In this document: piece by piece, positions 42,501-62,220 of the stretch
Position numbering within the stretch: the stretch's first letter is position 1
How the letters are laid out: every line of letters begins with the position of its first letter
Source: the human T2T-CHM13v2.0 reference genome, Homo sapiens
NCBI RefSeq assembly: GCF_009914755.1
Contig: NC_060936.1
DNA: 64,000 nucleotides
Reading direction: 5' to 3' (one strand)
The notes under the pieces: model-generated
What the model saw: the letters and a program-made list of their open reading frames with translations, nothing else
What the model was told of the DNA's origin: nothing
Databases searched by the model: none
Position numbers and translations under genes: made by a program

Positions 42501-44065
42501 GTGATGGCATCCATGTTTGATCATGAATGCTTTTACATTTAATCTTTGCATTTCTATTGTTTTTATTTTATATTAGAGTTTTAAGAAGAATTACTTGAAC
42601 AAAGGGTATGAGTTCTTTCAAGGCTTTTAACAGATATTATCAAATATTATCAATTTTATAGAAGAAAATTAGTATTGCCATTGCTGTTTCATTTGTATTT
42701 TTTGATTACTTGAGAAGATAAATTTTTTTCGTATTTTTAACTTAATATTCTGATAATTTCGGTATATCCTGCCCCATTTTATTTTCTGATGCCAATTTTT
42801 TTATTGGTTGCAAAAGCTCATTATGGAATGAAGATCTCACCTTAGTGCACATGCTGCCCTGTCTCCATGTGCAAATCTTGCGCAATCTTCACTTCTTAAT
42901 TGCTACTTCTGCCAACTACCCATCCCTGCTCTCTTCAGTTCTGGTTAAGAGCCCCCTACTCTGTATTGCTTTGCATCTTTATATAGTAATTGTTTAATTG
43001 ACATTTTTTGCCTATTAGGTTGTGAGCAGAACTGGAATGTACCCAAATAGGGCCATGTAAGTTTATTGCCCAGGGGTAAAAACTGAGGCTAGCTAGTGGA
43101 ACCTGAAATCCAGCCCTTCTTAATTCCACAATCTGCAATCAACAGGGGTGCCTTTTTCTCTAGCTCCCTCAGAGGTACCCTGTGGACGGCAGCAGTCCTG
43201 GGAACTAAATCTATGTTTGCCATTGAATCTTTAATTCCTACACAGCTTTGGCCAAAACTTAATACATGTTTGTTGAAGAAAAGAAAGAAGGAGAAAAGGA
43301 AAAAAGAAAAGATAACTTTTTACTCATAGTCTGTTTTTCAAATATATTCCCTCTGTCCTTTGACAAATAAATTTTAATATATTTTTATGTACTGACTTTA
43401 ATTAATTAATTAATTTTTCTTTCACGAATCAGGCACCTCCAAACCAGGATAGGTTCAGAACGGCTCCTGTAATTTAATTTTTAAAAATTCAACTAAATGT
43501 AATAAACTTTCTGGTGGGCTTTTAAGACATTTGTGCTCAGAAAGCACTTCCACATTTTTTTTTTTACAAAGTCTCATATCCCTCTGGAATTTAAAAAGAT
43601 GATGTTTATTTTAATATGGTGAGTAAAGTTGATATCCTTTTCCAATAATTTGTGAGTTTCTTCAGAGCTATTTACATAATAATCAATTTGTTCCCTATTG
43701 ATTCATGATGTTTACTAAGTTCCCATGTACGCTAAACTGTTTTAGATCTATCAATTCTGTTTCATTGCCTAACAATATTTGCAAAAATTGCCTATTCTAT
43801 TATTTTTGTGATATAATATACCTTAATATCTTATAAAGAAAATCTCCTATAATTTTTGTTTCAAAATTTTCTTAGCTTCTCTAGATGAATTTTCAAAACA
43901 TCATGTTTAATTCCAATAATGATAATACAACCAGTGCCACCTTCATTGGAATCATGGTAAATTTGGGATAAATGTTATGGGTCTTTATCATATTAAATTT
44001 TTTGGTTTAGAAATGTGGAATAGCCATCTATTTAAAACTCACCATGTATTTGAATAGTTTTATGA

Positions 44066-44496
<431 letters not shown>

Positions 44497-45486
44497 TAAA
44501 TCACTTCACCCTATTTATTTACACACTATTGTTGTTTTTCTGCAAATATTTTAACAAAAGCTTCTATTCTACCACTTTATTAAGGTCTGTTACTAATTCT
44601 AAAATTTTCGTAATCATTCTGTTAGATTTTCTAGAGTCATAAAAATATACGTTGCAAATAATGAAGCTCTTTCAAATAATTACTGCTCTCTGTTAATCTT
44701 ATGCCCTTACCAGAATTTCCAAAGGAAAGCTAGGTAACAATCTTTGTTTGCCTCATTAGACACTGAAGCATGTTGCTAATGACAAATTATGTGAGTATCT
44801 GAGTTCCTTGAGAGCAGAGCTCATGCTTTTTCCTTTTCTGAATCTTCAGCACCTGTCACAATGCCTAGAATAAAGGAGGTGCATGATAAAAGTGTATCTC
44901 ATCAATAAGCTGGTTCAAGTGAATGTCTCTAAGGTTTTCCCATTAGTTATTATCCATGTTAAGGGTATATCTTCTTATTCACAAATTTATGAGTTTGTAT
45001 TTTAATTAATGCTACCTAATTACAAGAGTGGGAATTACTAATACTGTTTTGTTATATGTTTCTAGAGGATTATTCTCACTAAATATAGATACTATGTATG
45101 TTCTTTTTTATGGATATGCTTTACAATAAAAAGTTATGCCAATAAAAACAAACCTAGTAAGTGCTATGTTCATGATGTATTCAGTCTTTGAAAGTATCTA
45201 TAGTTAACATGGAGGTAAAGAATTATATAGCTTAGTCAAGTGACACAGGTGTATAAACATTAGTTTTTCTTGGAATTATACCAGGCATAATAAATAACAA
45301 AAAACATTTTAAGCATATTTTTAGACATTGTACTAGATATTTTACCCATATTACTTTTTGTTATTGTTGTTAATTTCATCAAAGGACTGGGATAAATAAG
45401 TTTTGAGAGTTTAAAAGTATTTTTAAAATGTTACCATTAGACCCACTTTTGTATAATTGCCATCAAAGGAATCATAATTTTTCAGG

Positions 45487-45605
45487 TGGCTAGTCACGGT
45501 GGCTCATGCCTGTAATCCTCATCACTTTGGTAGGCCGAGATGAAAAGACTGCAAGGAGTTAATGACCAGCCTGGACAACATAGCGAGACCCCATCTCAAG
45601 AAAAT
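45487..45605 (+). mobile_element. FLAM/Alu left monomer
   Basis: ggtggctcatgcctgtaatcc...gagaccccatctc. Confidence 0.75.
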
Positions 45606-48600
45606 ATTCCCAGGTAAATCCAAATCGATTTCTTTTAGACAACTGTGGTATAGAATTGTGACTAGTGTATTATTTTATGATCTCTTTTGTTACATCCTTA
45701 GTGTCCAATAGGATTTTTGTTGCGTTTGCTTTATATCTGAAATTCTGCATTTTAATTCAGCTACACAAATAATGCATCTTTTCAACAAAACTCAGATACA
45801 AATAATGTTCTAATATTGTTATTTATTTCCATACAGCATTAATCTCTAGTAAGTCTAACTTCGCAATCTCTTTTCTCACTTTTCAATACACCTCTAGCTT
45901 CCAATTGTTTTGCCTAGAGACTTTAAGGCCTATGACTGCCAGAATGAAAGATTGTTACCTCTTTTCCCTTGCTTATTAAGGTAGGAGGCCATGATGACGC
46001 ACTTTTCTCAATCTCTTGGCTTTAAATGGATCTTACCTTGGGAGAGTTACAGTGAAGGCATGAGTAATTGCGATTTAAAGTTTTGCTTCTGTGTCATACA
46101 ACAATGCTGCATCATGAAATGTTGAGTCTTGTCTCTTTTCCTGGCAGATGGCCAGAGGGTGTGATGGCTCCTACCTGACTGATACAATTGAAATCAAAGA
46201 CTTGCCAAGTTATACCAGCAACTCCAGCAAAACTGTGAACTTACTGGCCTTGGAGGACTATGGATTGAAACACACAAAACATCTTTGGCTGTGCATGCCC
46301 TTCACACTGGCTGCCTAGTCCCCTCACAGAAGATTGTACCATGTGGTAGTTGGCGTAAGAAACCATTGTGTATATGAATTTTGTCATGAGGACCTAGTGG
46401 TCAGCACTCTTGCACATTACAGAACAAGGAAAATATAGTATTTATAAACTCTTCAGCAGTCCCTATTAGGGAGCCCAAATTCAATTCACCTAAACGGGAA
46501 AAGTGCAAATATAACAAAGGATTAGATCAGTTATCAAGCTAAATGAATCCTAAAGCATATTGCCTTCTAAACTAATTTTATTCAATACATAGCTTTAAGA
46601 TTACTATGTAGATGGACTTTATTTTTTTCAATTAGCTTTGTGCCACTCAGGAATACAAAAAATGTTTCAGATATCTTTTTTAATCCATTGTTTGTTCCCA
46701 AATATATATAAACTTCTTTCAATTTTAAGCTATAATTCTGTTGCACACTGTGAATATAAAGTCAGCTGAATCATAATGTCTTGTTCATCCAGCTTCTGTG
46801 AACAGGTAGACATTGACTGGAATCTTTCCAAGCCCTTGGAAATGGAAATTTTTAGCTATTGGTTAAGGCAACACTCTTTGCATCTGAAGCAGTGAATACG
46901 ATGTTAATGCTTAAGCTATCTTAATTTTCCAAATGCTAATGGCATAGTTGAAAGTGTTAATAATATGACTATATCAGATCTTGACTTTAGGGGGGCTTAA
47001 TTTATCCTATCCTTGAGCAAACCATCTGGCATTGCTAAGCCCAAAGTTGCCTGGGCCTGTGTAACACTGGGTGGGTTTTAATTCTTTTGTCTAGCCTAGT
47101 AAATCATTCAATATGGTTAGTTTTTGAATGCCAGCTTGTTTTCAAAACTGAAATATTAAGAGCTGATGATATAAACCAAAATTGAAACTAGAAGAAATTT
47201 CTCCTTCCTTATTTTACACAGAAGTGGGCTGGAGCTGCTGCAATCACGGGGATGTCTGATATTGCAACAAAGGAAGCAAAACAGAGCTAAATGAATCCTG
47301 TGCAATGAGGAGGCATTTTCAGGTAGTGGCCAGAAACTAGAAACTGCTCTTTTCTGGTTAAAAACGTTTGTGACCCATAAAACCTTCTCACTGCTTACTA
47401 AATAGCACAGTTCTGAGATACAAACCAGCAAATTTACAAATCACAATGCTTTTCCTGCTGAATCAATAGCTGTAGCAAATATATATATGTAAAATGCAAT
47501 GGAAAAATGAAGACCTCTTTAGAAGCCTGCAGAAAATTTATACTAGATATGAAAGTTTGAGCAATCACGTAAAAGCCCTAGTCCCTTAACATTGCTTTTA
47601 AGGTCATCAGTGTCCTGGACGTTGGTGACTTCCCTGCACCCATTTCTTCACTCCCCACCTTGAACTTCATGTTTAACTCTTATTTCTTCCAGTACTTAGT
47701 GAACACTGTCTTCTCTCTAAGCCTTTTCCTGGAGGAACATTCTCTTGTCTGACTTCCTAAGTCTGAGTTAAGTGGTCTCCTATGTCTCCTCTAATAAACT
47801 TATTTTACCCTGTCATTATTCTTAGTGCACTTATTTAATTCCCTGTTTACTAGCTTATCCTGCTTCTAGGTTACAAGCTCTGGCATATCTGTTCTGTTCA
47901 CCATTGTATCCTGAATGCCTGGCACTTAGAAAGCCTTCAATAAATACTTGTTGAATGGCGTTCATTGCAGAAGCACTAAAGAATTTTTGCATGTTTTTAC
48001 ATTAAGAAAAATCTTAGTAGCAGGATCAGATCTCAGTCATATAGTACACTCAGTTGTGCAAACATGATTCCGGTAATTTATATTCTTTAAATAAACTGAA
48101 TTTTAATTCCAAACTACTATTTCACTAGGATGTCAAGAAATTTCATCTCAGTCATTTAGGGGCCAGATCCTTCCCTGGGATCTCACAGAACCAGGGAGGT
48201 TTATATGAGATCCACGAAATGGCTGAAAGGGCTCCACTGTCTTTCTGGTACTGCTCCTAGTCCACGCATGAGGAAAGAAGCCCTGTCAATCTCTGCTCCT
48301 AAGCTACACAGGGTTTCAATAATCTGAGCTGCTTCTGGGAAGCCCCTGCCCAGAGCCCTGTCTTCCTAGTTATTCCTGCAAGGAATTTGCTCTGAAGCCT
48401 GGTCACTGCCACGCCTTCTCCAGTTCACCCTACCTTCATCAATTCTGACCTCTTTTTTGATCTTAGAAAAATTTTACCTCCTCCACTTCCTTCTCATTTC
48501 TCCCCTGAATGCACCCTCCCCCTTTCATTGGCACTTAACCTTTCAAAATAGGACAGGCCTTAGAATAACAAATGCCAGGAAGGCATCTTGTTCTCAAGCC

Positions 48601-48944
48601 CCATAAATCTCGGGCAAGAAACATAAACGTCATGGATAATCAGTTACAAATAGGAAGTGGAAGGAAATATACAGAGAACAAATATCCAAAATAATTTTTC
48701 AACAGAGAAGACAACTACAAAATCCTGCTACTTCTCGATTTCCTTATGTAAAGATTTGGCCAGATGGCCCAAGATGTTAATAATGTTAGATACAGGATTG
48801 GAGATACTGCAGATGGGCAAAGATCACAACCACTTCCCTCAGGCACAAGCTAAAATGGGTACCAGCTTCTAGAAGCATTTGGAAATTAACATCTAAAACA
48901 CACTGTTTTATTTAAAGTTTACTTTTCCTCTTTTTCTTTCTCTT

Positions 48945-49184
48945 TTGTATTTATATATACACACATATATATCAATCATATGTGTATGTGTGATGTTTGC
49001 ATACAATAAACTTACATATATACATGCATACATATATAATACATGTTATATGTAAGTATATAGTATAACATATTTATTTTGTATTTGTTTATTGTATATT
49101 AAATTATATATTATATTTATATAATATATATGTTAATAATATTAGATAGAATTTGTATATTACATAATATTGTATGTTATATAA
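48945..49184. repeat. TA-rich low-complexity tract
   Basis: Degenerate (TA)n abutting the copy 3 LTR. Confidence 0.85.
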
Positions 49185-52238
<3,054 letters not shown>

Positions 52239-52240
52239 AC

Positions 52241-52578
52241 TGTCTTAGTCCATTTTTGCTGCTATATCAAAATTCCTTAGACTGGGTAATTTATTGACAA
52301 AAGAAATTTATTTCTCATAGCTTTGGAGAAATCTATGTACCTTGTACATAGCAACAAGATCAATGTACCTTGTTGCTGTGTTCTAAAATGGTAGAAGGGC
52401 AAGAAGGGCCTTGTTAGTTCCCTTGAGCCCTTTTATAAGCCTACTCTTCCCATTCATGAGGACGGAATCCTCATGGCTTAATTACCTCTTAAAGGCCCCA
52501 TCTGTTAATACTGTCACATTGGGTCTTAGAGTCCAAATGTATGAATTTTGGGGAGACACATACATTCAAATCATAGCA
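52241..52578 (-). mobile_element. MST-family MaLR LTR
   Basis: tgtcttagtccatttttgctgctata...acattcaaatcatagca. Confidence 0.75.
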
Positions 52579-52777
52579 TAGGCCCTGACTTTCTACTCAC
52601 TGATTCATGAACCCTGTGGGCTGGCTTCAGCCCACACCACCCTTCTGTAATAGCTCTTGGCAAGAAAACCACTATGTCCCTGCCACTAACACTAAGAGAC
52701 ATGGTGGCACATTAGCTCCTGGAGCTTATTTGTCCTTACAAATGTCCTTTTCTTTCCATTCCTTAAATGTTGGTATC

Positions 52778-53194
52778 TGCTATGGTCTGAATGTTGATGC
52801 CCCCTAAATTCATATGTTGGAACTTGATACCCACTGTGATACACCACTAATAAGTGAGGATTTGGGGAAGTGATTCATGAGGGTAGAGAATGGTATTAGT
52901 GCCATTATAAATGAGATTGAAAGGAATGCACTAGTTTCTTATACCCTTTCTGCCATGTGAGGACATAGCATTAGTCCCTTCTACCATGTGAAGACACAAC
53001 GTTCACCCCTTTTGCCATGTGTGGATGCAGCAAGAAGGCACCATCTGGAAGAACAGGTCTTGACCAGACAAAAGATCTGATGGTGCCTTAATAGTGGACT
53101 TCCCAGCCTCCAAAACTGTGAGTAATAAATTCTGTTGTTTATAAATTACCTGTTCTAATATAATTTGTTATAGCAGCCCAAACAGACAAAGACA
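52778..53194 (+). mobile_element. MST/MLT1A-family MaLR LTR
   Basis: tgctatggtctgaatg...agcagcccaaacagacaaagaca. TSD gtatc/gtatt. Confidence 0.75.
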
Positions 53195-53959
53195 GTATTT
53201 TTTAGAGCTCTGTCCTAGGTGTTCTTTTCCTATTCTATAGCTTTCTCTGAGATATTAAATTTTTTCCTAAGAATAATTTATTATTTTTAAATTGGAGGCA
53301 AATCTACTGGAAGCTACATTTTTTTTCCTCTTAACTCCTGACCAGAAGGTATAGCCACATACCACTTGGATATGCTACTCACATGTAACATCTAGGATTC
53401 TAAAATTGAACTAGTTACTCCTATCTCCACCCCTCCCCCACTGAGCCTTGTTCCATCTCTGGTGGTACTTGGCTTGGTGAATACCACCACTATCACTTAT
53501 TTTGTAAGCATTCATATTACTTCCTTTGCACCCTCACATAAAATCAGAAAACCAATTTAACCCATTCTGTGACTGAAATTTGTCTTAATCCATTAACTGT
53601 TTTCCAATTCTATTGCCATGGCCCCATTCAGGCTGCCATCATCTCTCTCCTGGATCCCTTCAATAGCCTCCTAAAATACCTTCTTTTCCTCTTCCTCCAA
53701 TCTTGTCATTTTTGTCTCTTTTCCCACCCTAAAAGAATAAACACTGGCATAATGATCACTTAAAAGTACGAATATTTGCAACTCACTATCTTAAGGAAGA
53801 CTTTGCAGTGGCCACCTTGTTTTGTTTAGATAAAGTCCAAAGCCCCTAACATGACTTACAAGACCCTTCATGGTATGGCCTTGGCTACTTTCTCAGCTTT
53901 ATCTCCCCTCTCACTTACTATCATGCTGTCATCCAGCTACCAGATCTGCCTTCCAGACT

Positions 53960-54300
53960 GAAAGGTTTATTCTGACAGCTACTGGCACTGCTGTTGGTAG
54001 TCAGCCCTCAGCTGTCATCTGTTTTCGGAGTTCCATATATCAAATGGCTGATATACATGAAGTTATTGTAGAGATCTGGTCCTGTCATTTCAATTCAGGA
54101 CAGCTCTGAAGGGCCATCTCAGCTTCAGAGCTCCCGGTAGGGTTGGCTGAGGCCTCTGTTAAGACTATCACAGCCCGACTTTTCTCTCCTCTCAATCTCA
54201 TTTCCTTCCTTCCCTTCTCTTCCATATTACCTGGTAAAGATAAACCTTCTGCACACTAATCTCTGTTTCTGAGAATCTGCTTCCAGGGGAAAACAACTTA
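53960..54300 (+). mobile_element. LTR16-like ERVL LTR fragment
   Basis: caggacagctctgaagggccatctcagcttcagagctccc...taaaccttctgcacactaatctc motifs. Confidence 0.55.
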
Positions 54301-57060
54301 TAACAACTCTCTGGTTTGCATTCCTGGCTCTAGCCGTACTGAATATCATTGAGTTTCTAGAATGCCTGTCTTGCTCTCTTTTGCCTTCAGGTTTGTGCCA
54401 GGAACACAGGCTAGAAGAAAGCCTTCTCTCATCTTATGTCTTATTCTAAAAAGGTCTCCTTTTAAATGTATTCTCATAGTAACCTCATTTTAATGTATTC
54501 TCATCCCCTCATTGCGACACCTGTATTACTCAGCACTATAACATCCCTAGATCATAAACTCTGTCTATTTTTGTATCCCCAGTGCCTGGTGAATAACAGA
54601 TTCTCAGTAAACAATTGCTGAATTCATTTGTTCATTAATTTTGGTAATAGGGTAGCTTCACCCAAGTGTCCAAAATCCACTAGTGAAGACATGCTCTCCA
54701 ACAGTTCAGTCTCCTTTTCCTCCACTTTTCTCCCAAAATTTATGTTAATAGGACTTTTCCTAGATGGCAATTACTCAAGTTTACTGCTTGTTTTTTTCTG
54801 TGTGTTCGTGGTCAATCCCTTTCAGATAATACACTTGTTCTTTAGATATGTTAATACATTTAATCAGTTAAATATACTGTTGCCTGCCTGGGTACAGTTG
54901 TCTTTCTTCAAAGTGATTTTAATATATTAGTTTTAATCTGATCTGCTTTTGTTGATTTTATCCTTCAATTTTTCCCCAAGATCTTATGGGGGTGAGGAGT
55001 TTCTCTCTATAGTTGCCATGTTCTGGCTGCTAATTACAACATACCCCTGTGGTGGAGGGGACTGTGTCAACATTCTTATTGGTTTAATGTTCCTTTTGTT
55101 GTGTACAGTTAAACAAGTATGTTTTCAATTGTTTATAGCAACTTAAATTGTGTTTTAGCAGGGTTATTGCTTTTACTTGGAGAGAAACACTAATTTTATG
55201 GAAAAGGTGACAATGGTAATGTAGAGATAATAAAAAGAGGCAAGAAGTAGATTCAGAAATACTCTTCTTAAAGATACTTACAATGGGAAAAAAGTGACCT
55301 CATTAATATAAAAAAAAACCTGAAGATTAACTTTACCTGTAAAACAGTCATCCATTCCCATTCACAGCCCAGTGAGCATGCTACATTTGGATTTCAGAGC
55401 TCACCACTGTGCAGAACTGTTCTCAGTAAGGTTGTCACTGTTACCCAATCTCAAGGGCACTTTTCAGTTCTTCCTGCTTTTGACCTTACTGGTAAACACT
55501 TCTCTGTTTAAGTAGCTGCTTGTACTCCTTTTTTCTCCTCTCACCCTCTCCCTGTACCTCCTGAGCCTCCTTTTACTCTTTCACTTCTTAACATTCCTGA
55601 GTCTGCTCTCTTTCTTCCTTTCTAAGCATGGTGAGTCCATCAAACTCAGGACTTTCTAGGCAGTCTTAGGAAACTTTCCCTTTCTCCCCTTATAGCAATT
55701 ACTATTGTATATTATAATGTAACAGTGTTGTATTGCTTCTTAATTGTTTGAGTATTTGTCTCACTAGATTGTGAGCCGCTTCAGGGTAGAGATTGGGTCT
55801 TTTGCATTCCCAACCCAGCAGAGTCCACAAACAATAGGTACACAACAGTTGTTGACTTAATAAATACCCTGGGAGATACTTGTTTCTATATATAAATATA
55901 CTTCTTTCTACATAAATTCTTGTCAGAATTTGCCTTCTTATTAATTTCACACAGAACTCTAAACAAAGTAAAAAAACCATATTTAATATACTCTAAAAAG
56001 ATGTGTGCTCCTAATAGCAGGTTTAATTAAAATCATCCATGTGATAGTAAAAAAAAAATCTGGATTTTTCCGAAACTCTAGTACCAGTGGTGAAGGATAT
56101 AATCCAAACATATTTTTTTCATTTGGAAAATAAGCATATTTGTGTCTTTATTTTATAATTACCTTTGGTAAGGTCATAAAATTATATTCTAAGGATATTT
56201 TAAAGTTATTGACTTGAAAAAACAATGTCTCTGCAAAAAGAAATTTCAAGTTACTTTTTTCCTATAAAGAAAGGTGATGAAAAGATTCATCATTTTATTC
56301 TTGTTCTTCATATAATAGAGATTAAATACCATGCAGAGATTAAATATCATGACTAATAATTTAATTTAATCCAATAAATATTTCTTTACCTATAATATAG
56401 CCAGCAACATAAAGGCAATGATCTGTTTTGGGTGAAATAGACAATGGCTTGGTTTCAGCACCATTCGAGTTGTCTCTGATACACTTACTATACACATGCA
56501 CTTTTAAAACTTTTAAACTAGAATATAATATTGCCATATAATTTTGGAAGACTGCTTTTCTGAGGGAACCAAGCGTGAAGACTGTGAATACTCTGCTGTT
56601 ATAATCTCAGAGTGACTCGGATTTGACTTTAATGAGTGATTATTTCAACTGATATGAGAATATCATACCACAGCACAGTTGTAATTTTTATCTCTAGTTC
56701 AGAAACCAGAAAAAATGTTTTTTTTTTTCAGTATACATAAGGCACAGATGATAAAGGATAAGTGCAGTTTCAGCGATTAGATGGCTTATTTCTGGTTTAA
56801 TGAAACTCACCTAAAAACAATAAAGTGATGGAAAAAGTTTGGACTGGGAACCTGGCATCACACAGTCCAGTTCTGCCTCTTAGTGATGCCTTTGGGAAGA
56901 TCATTTTATTCTTCTGGCCTTCCATTTCCATTCATTCAGTTATTCATCTAAGTAACAAATATTCCTCTAATGGCTCCTGTGTGCCAGGAACTGTTTTGAA
57001 GAGTTGGTATAGAACAAAATCCAGGATGTCCTCCTGGAATTTTCAGTTATCAATGAAGTA

Positions 57061-57405
57061 CAGTTGACCCTTGAACGATACGAGATTGAACTGTGTAGCT
57101 CCACATATAAGTCTTAGATGCCTTCACTTTGTGGCTTCTCTTCCACCTTCTCTACCTCTTCTTCCACCTCTGTCACCCCTGAGAGAGCAAGACCAAGTTC
57201 TTCTCCTCCTCCTCCTCTTCTCAGCCAACTCAATGTGAAGATGATGATGATGAAGACCTTATGATGATCCCCTTTCACTTAATAAACAGTAAATGTATTT
57301 TTTCTTCCTTATACTTAATAGCATTTTTTACTCTAGCTCATTTTATTGTAACAATACAGTATATAACACATATACAAAACTATGTTAATTGACTGTTTAT
57401 GTCAT
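57061..57405 (+). mobile_element. Tigger2a, 3'-truncated
   Basis: TA + CAGTTGACCCTTGAAC TIR. Homologous to 36582-36875. Confidence 0.82.
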
Positions 57406-57659
57406 CATCTAACATGAAGCATTGTTACATGTGTGTCTTATCTACTTTCAGTAGTTTTATTAGGCATGCACTTTTTTGGGTGTTTTTGGAAAATTTGGAT
57501 CAAAATTCTGGAATTTCATGACATTGTTTTCTCATATATTGTGAATAATTTATTATTTCCTCATAAGAAACTCCCACACAAATTTCAAAGACTTCTTTAA
57601 TAATTTGGTGAATGAAAAGTGTTAATGTATTGATTTATTACTTTGAGCATCAGTGAAGT

Positions 57660-61200
<3,541 letters not shown>

Positions 61201-61989
61201 TTTTCAGTCTTGTTAACTACTTGAAGAGTTGATAAATCTTGGAATTTCAGTCAATCAATTAAACATTTTTGAAAACTAAGAGAATACTTTACCTTAACAC
61301 TGCAGTAGTTCATGGGAGAATGCTCCCAACAAATAATTCATATTTTCACACTGTCTACTCACAGTCTGGCCAATATAGAGTAGATAATAAATAGGCAATA
61401 GATGGATGAATGAATTGTGGAAATTAGGAGACATCTTTTAATTTAGATTTATTTTTCTTTGGAAGGGAGGTAGGTTTTAATTTCTTGCAAGGTTGTAATT
61501 CAGTAGAACAGGAAGGGAGAAACTAATGCAGAGGAACAGAAGGAATGCATGAGATGGAGAATGCCTAGAAATGTTTGAGACATTGATTAAGTCATCAGAA
61601 ATGGAAACAAGTTTAGAAACAACTTAGAAAATAATACACTGTAGGTCTGATAAATATTGTAAGATTGGGAGTTTTTTGTTAAATTATGGAAAATTTTATA
61701 TAGATACAATAGTAGAACAGACCACATGAACCCATCTCATATTATCTTCAACAATTATCAATTCAAAAGTTGTTATCGTTATCTCTATCTCCACACATTT
61801 CATCTTTTCCTCCACCACTGGATGACTTTGAAAGAAATCCTAACCATTTCAACTATAAATATTTTAGCATGTCTCTGTAAAAGTTAAAGACTCTATAACA
61901 ACAAGACATAGACCCAATATCCAGGTTGAGTAGGAGTTTGCTATCTTACTAATCTAATGTATTAACAAAGTCTAGAGCATTCTTATTAA

Positions 61990-62220
61990 AGTGGTAGAGC
62001 ATGAAGAACCTTCTACCTGGAGTTAGGAGATTTGCTGGGTTGAAGTCCTGGCTCTCAACTTCCCACCTGTGTGACTCCAGCAAAGCTCTTCACTTCTCAA
62101 TTCCAAATCTCAATTTCCTCACTAGTGAAAGAAGGATACATAGTAGTAGTTGTATCCATTTCAGAATTGTCATCAGGATTGAAGTAACAGATGTGAAAAC
62201 AAAACTAAAATTGTGAAGTA
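61990..62220 (+). mobile_element. MIR
   Basis: gggttgaagtcctggctc...ctgtgtgact...cttcacttctc...caatttcctca. Confidence 0.55.

Noticed and set aside
52335-52381. Direct plus inverted micro-repeats in the MST LTR (atgtaccttgt x2; acatagcaacaag/cttgttgctgtgt) resembling a Pol-theta scar
   Set aside because: Short and partly explained by residual consensus sequence. Cannot be separated from chance without an alignment.
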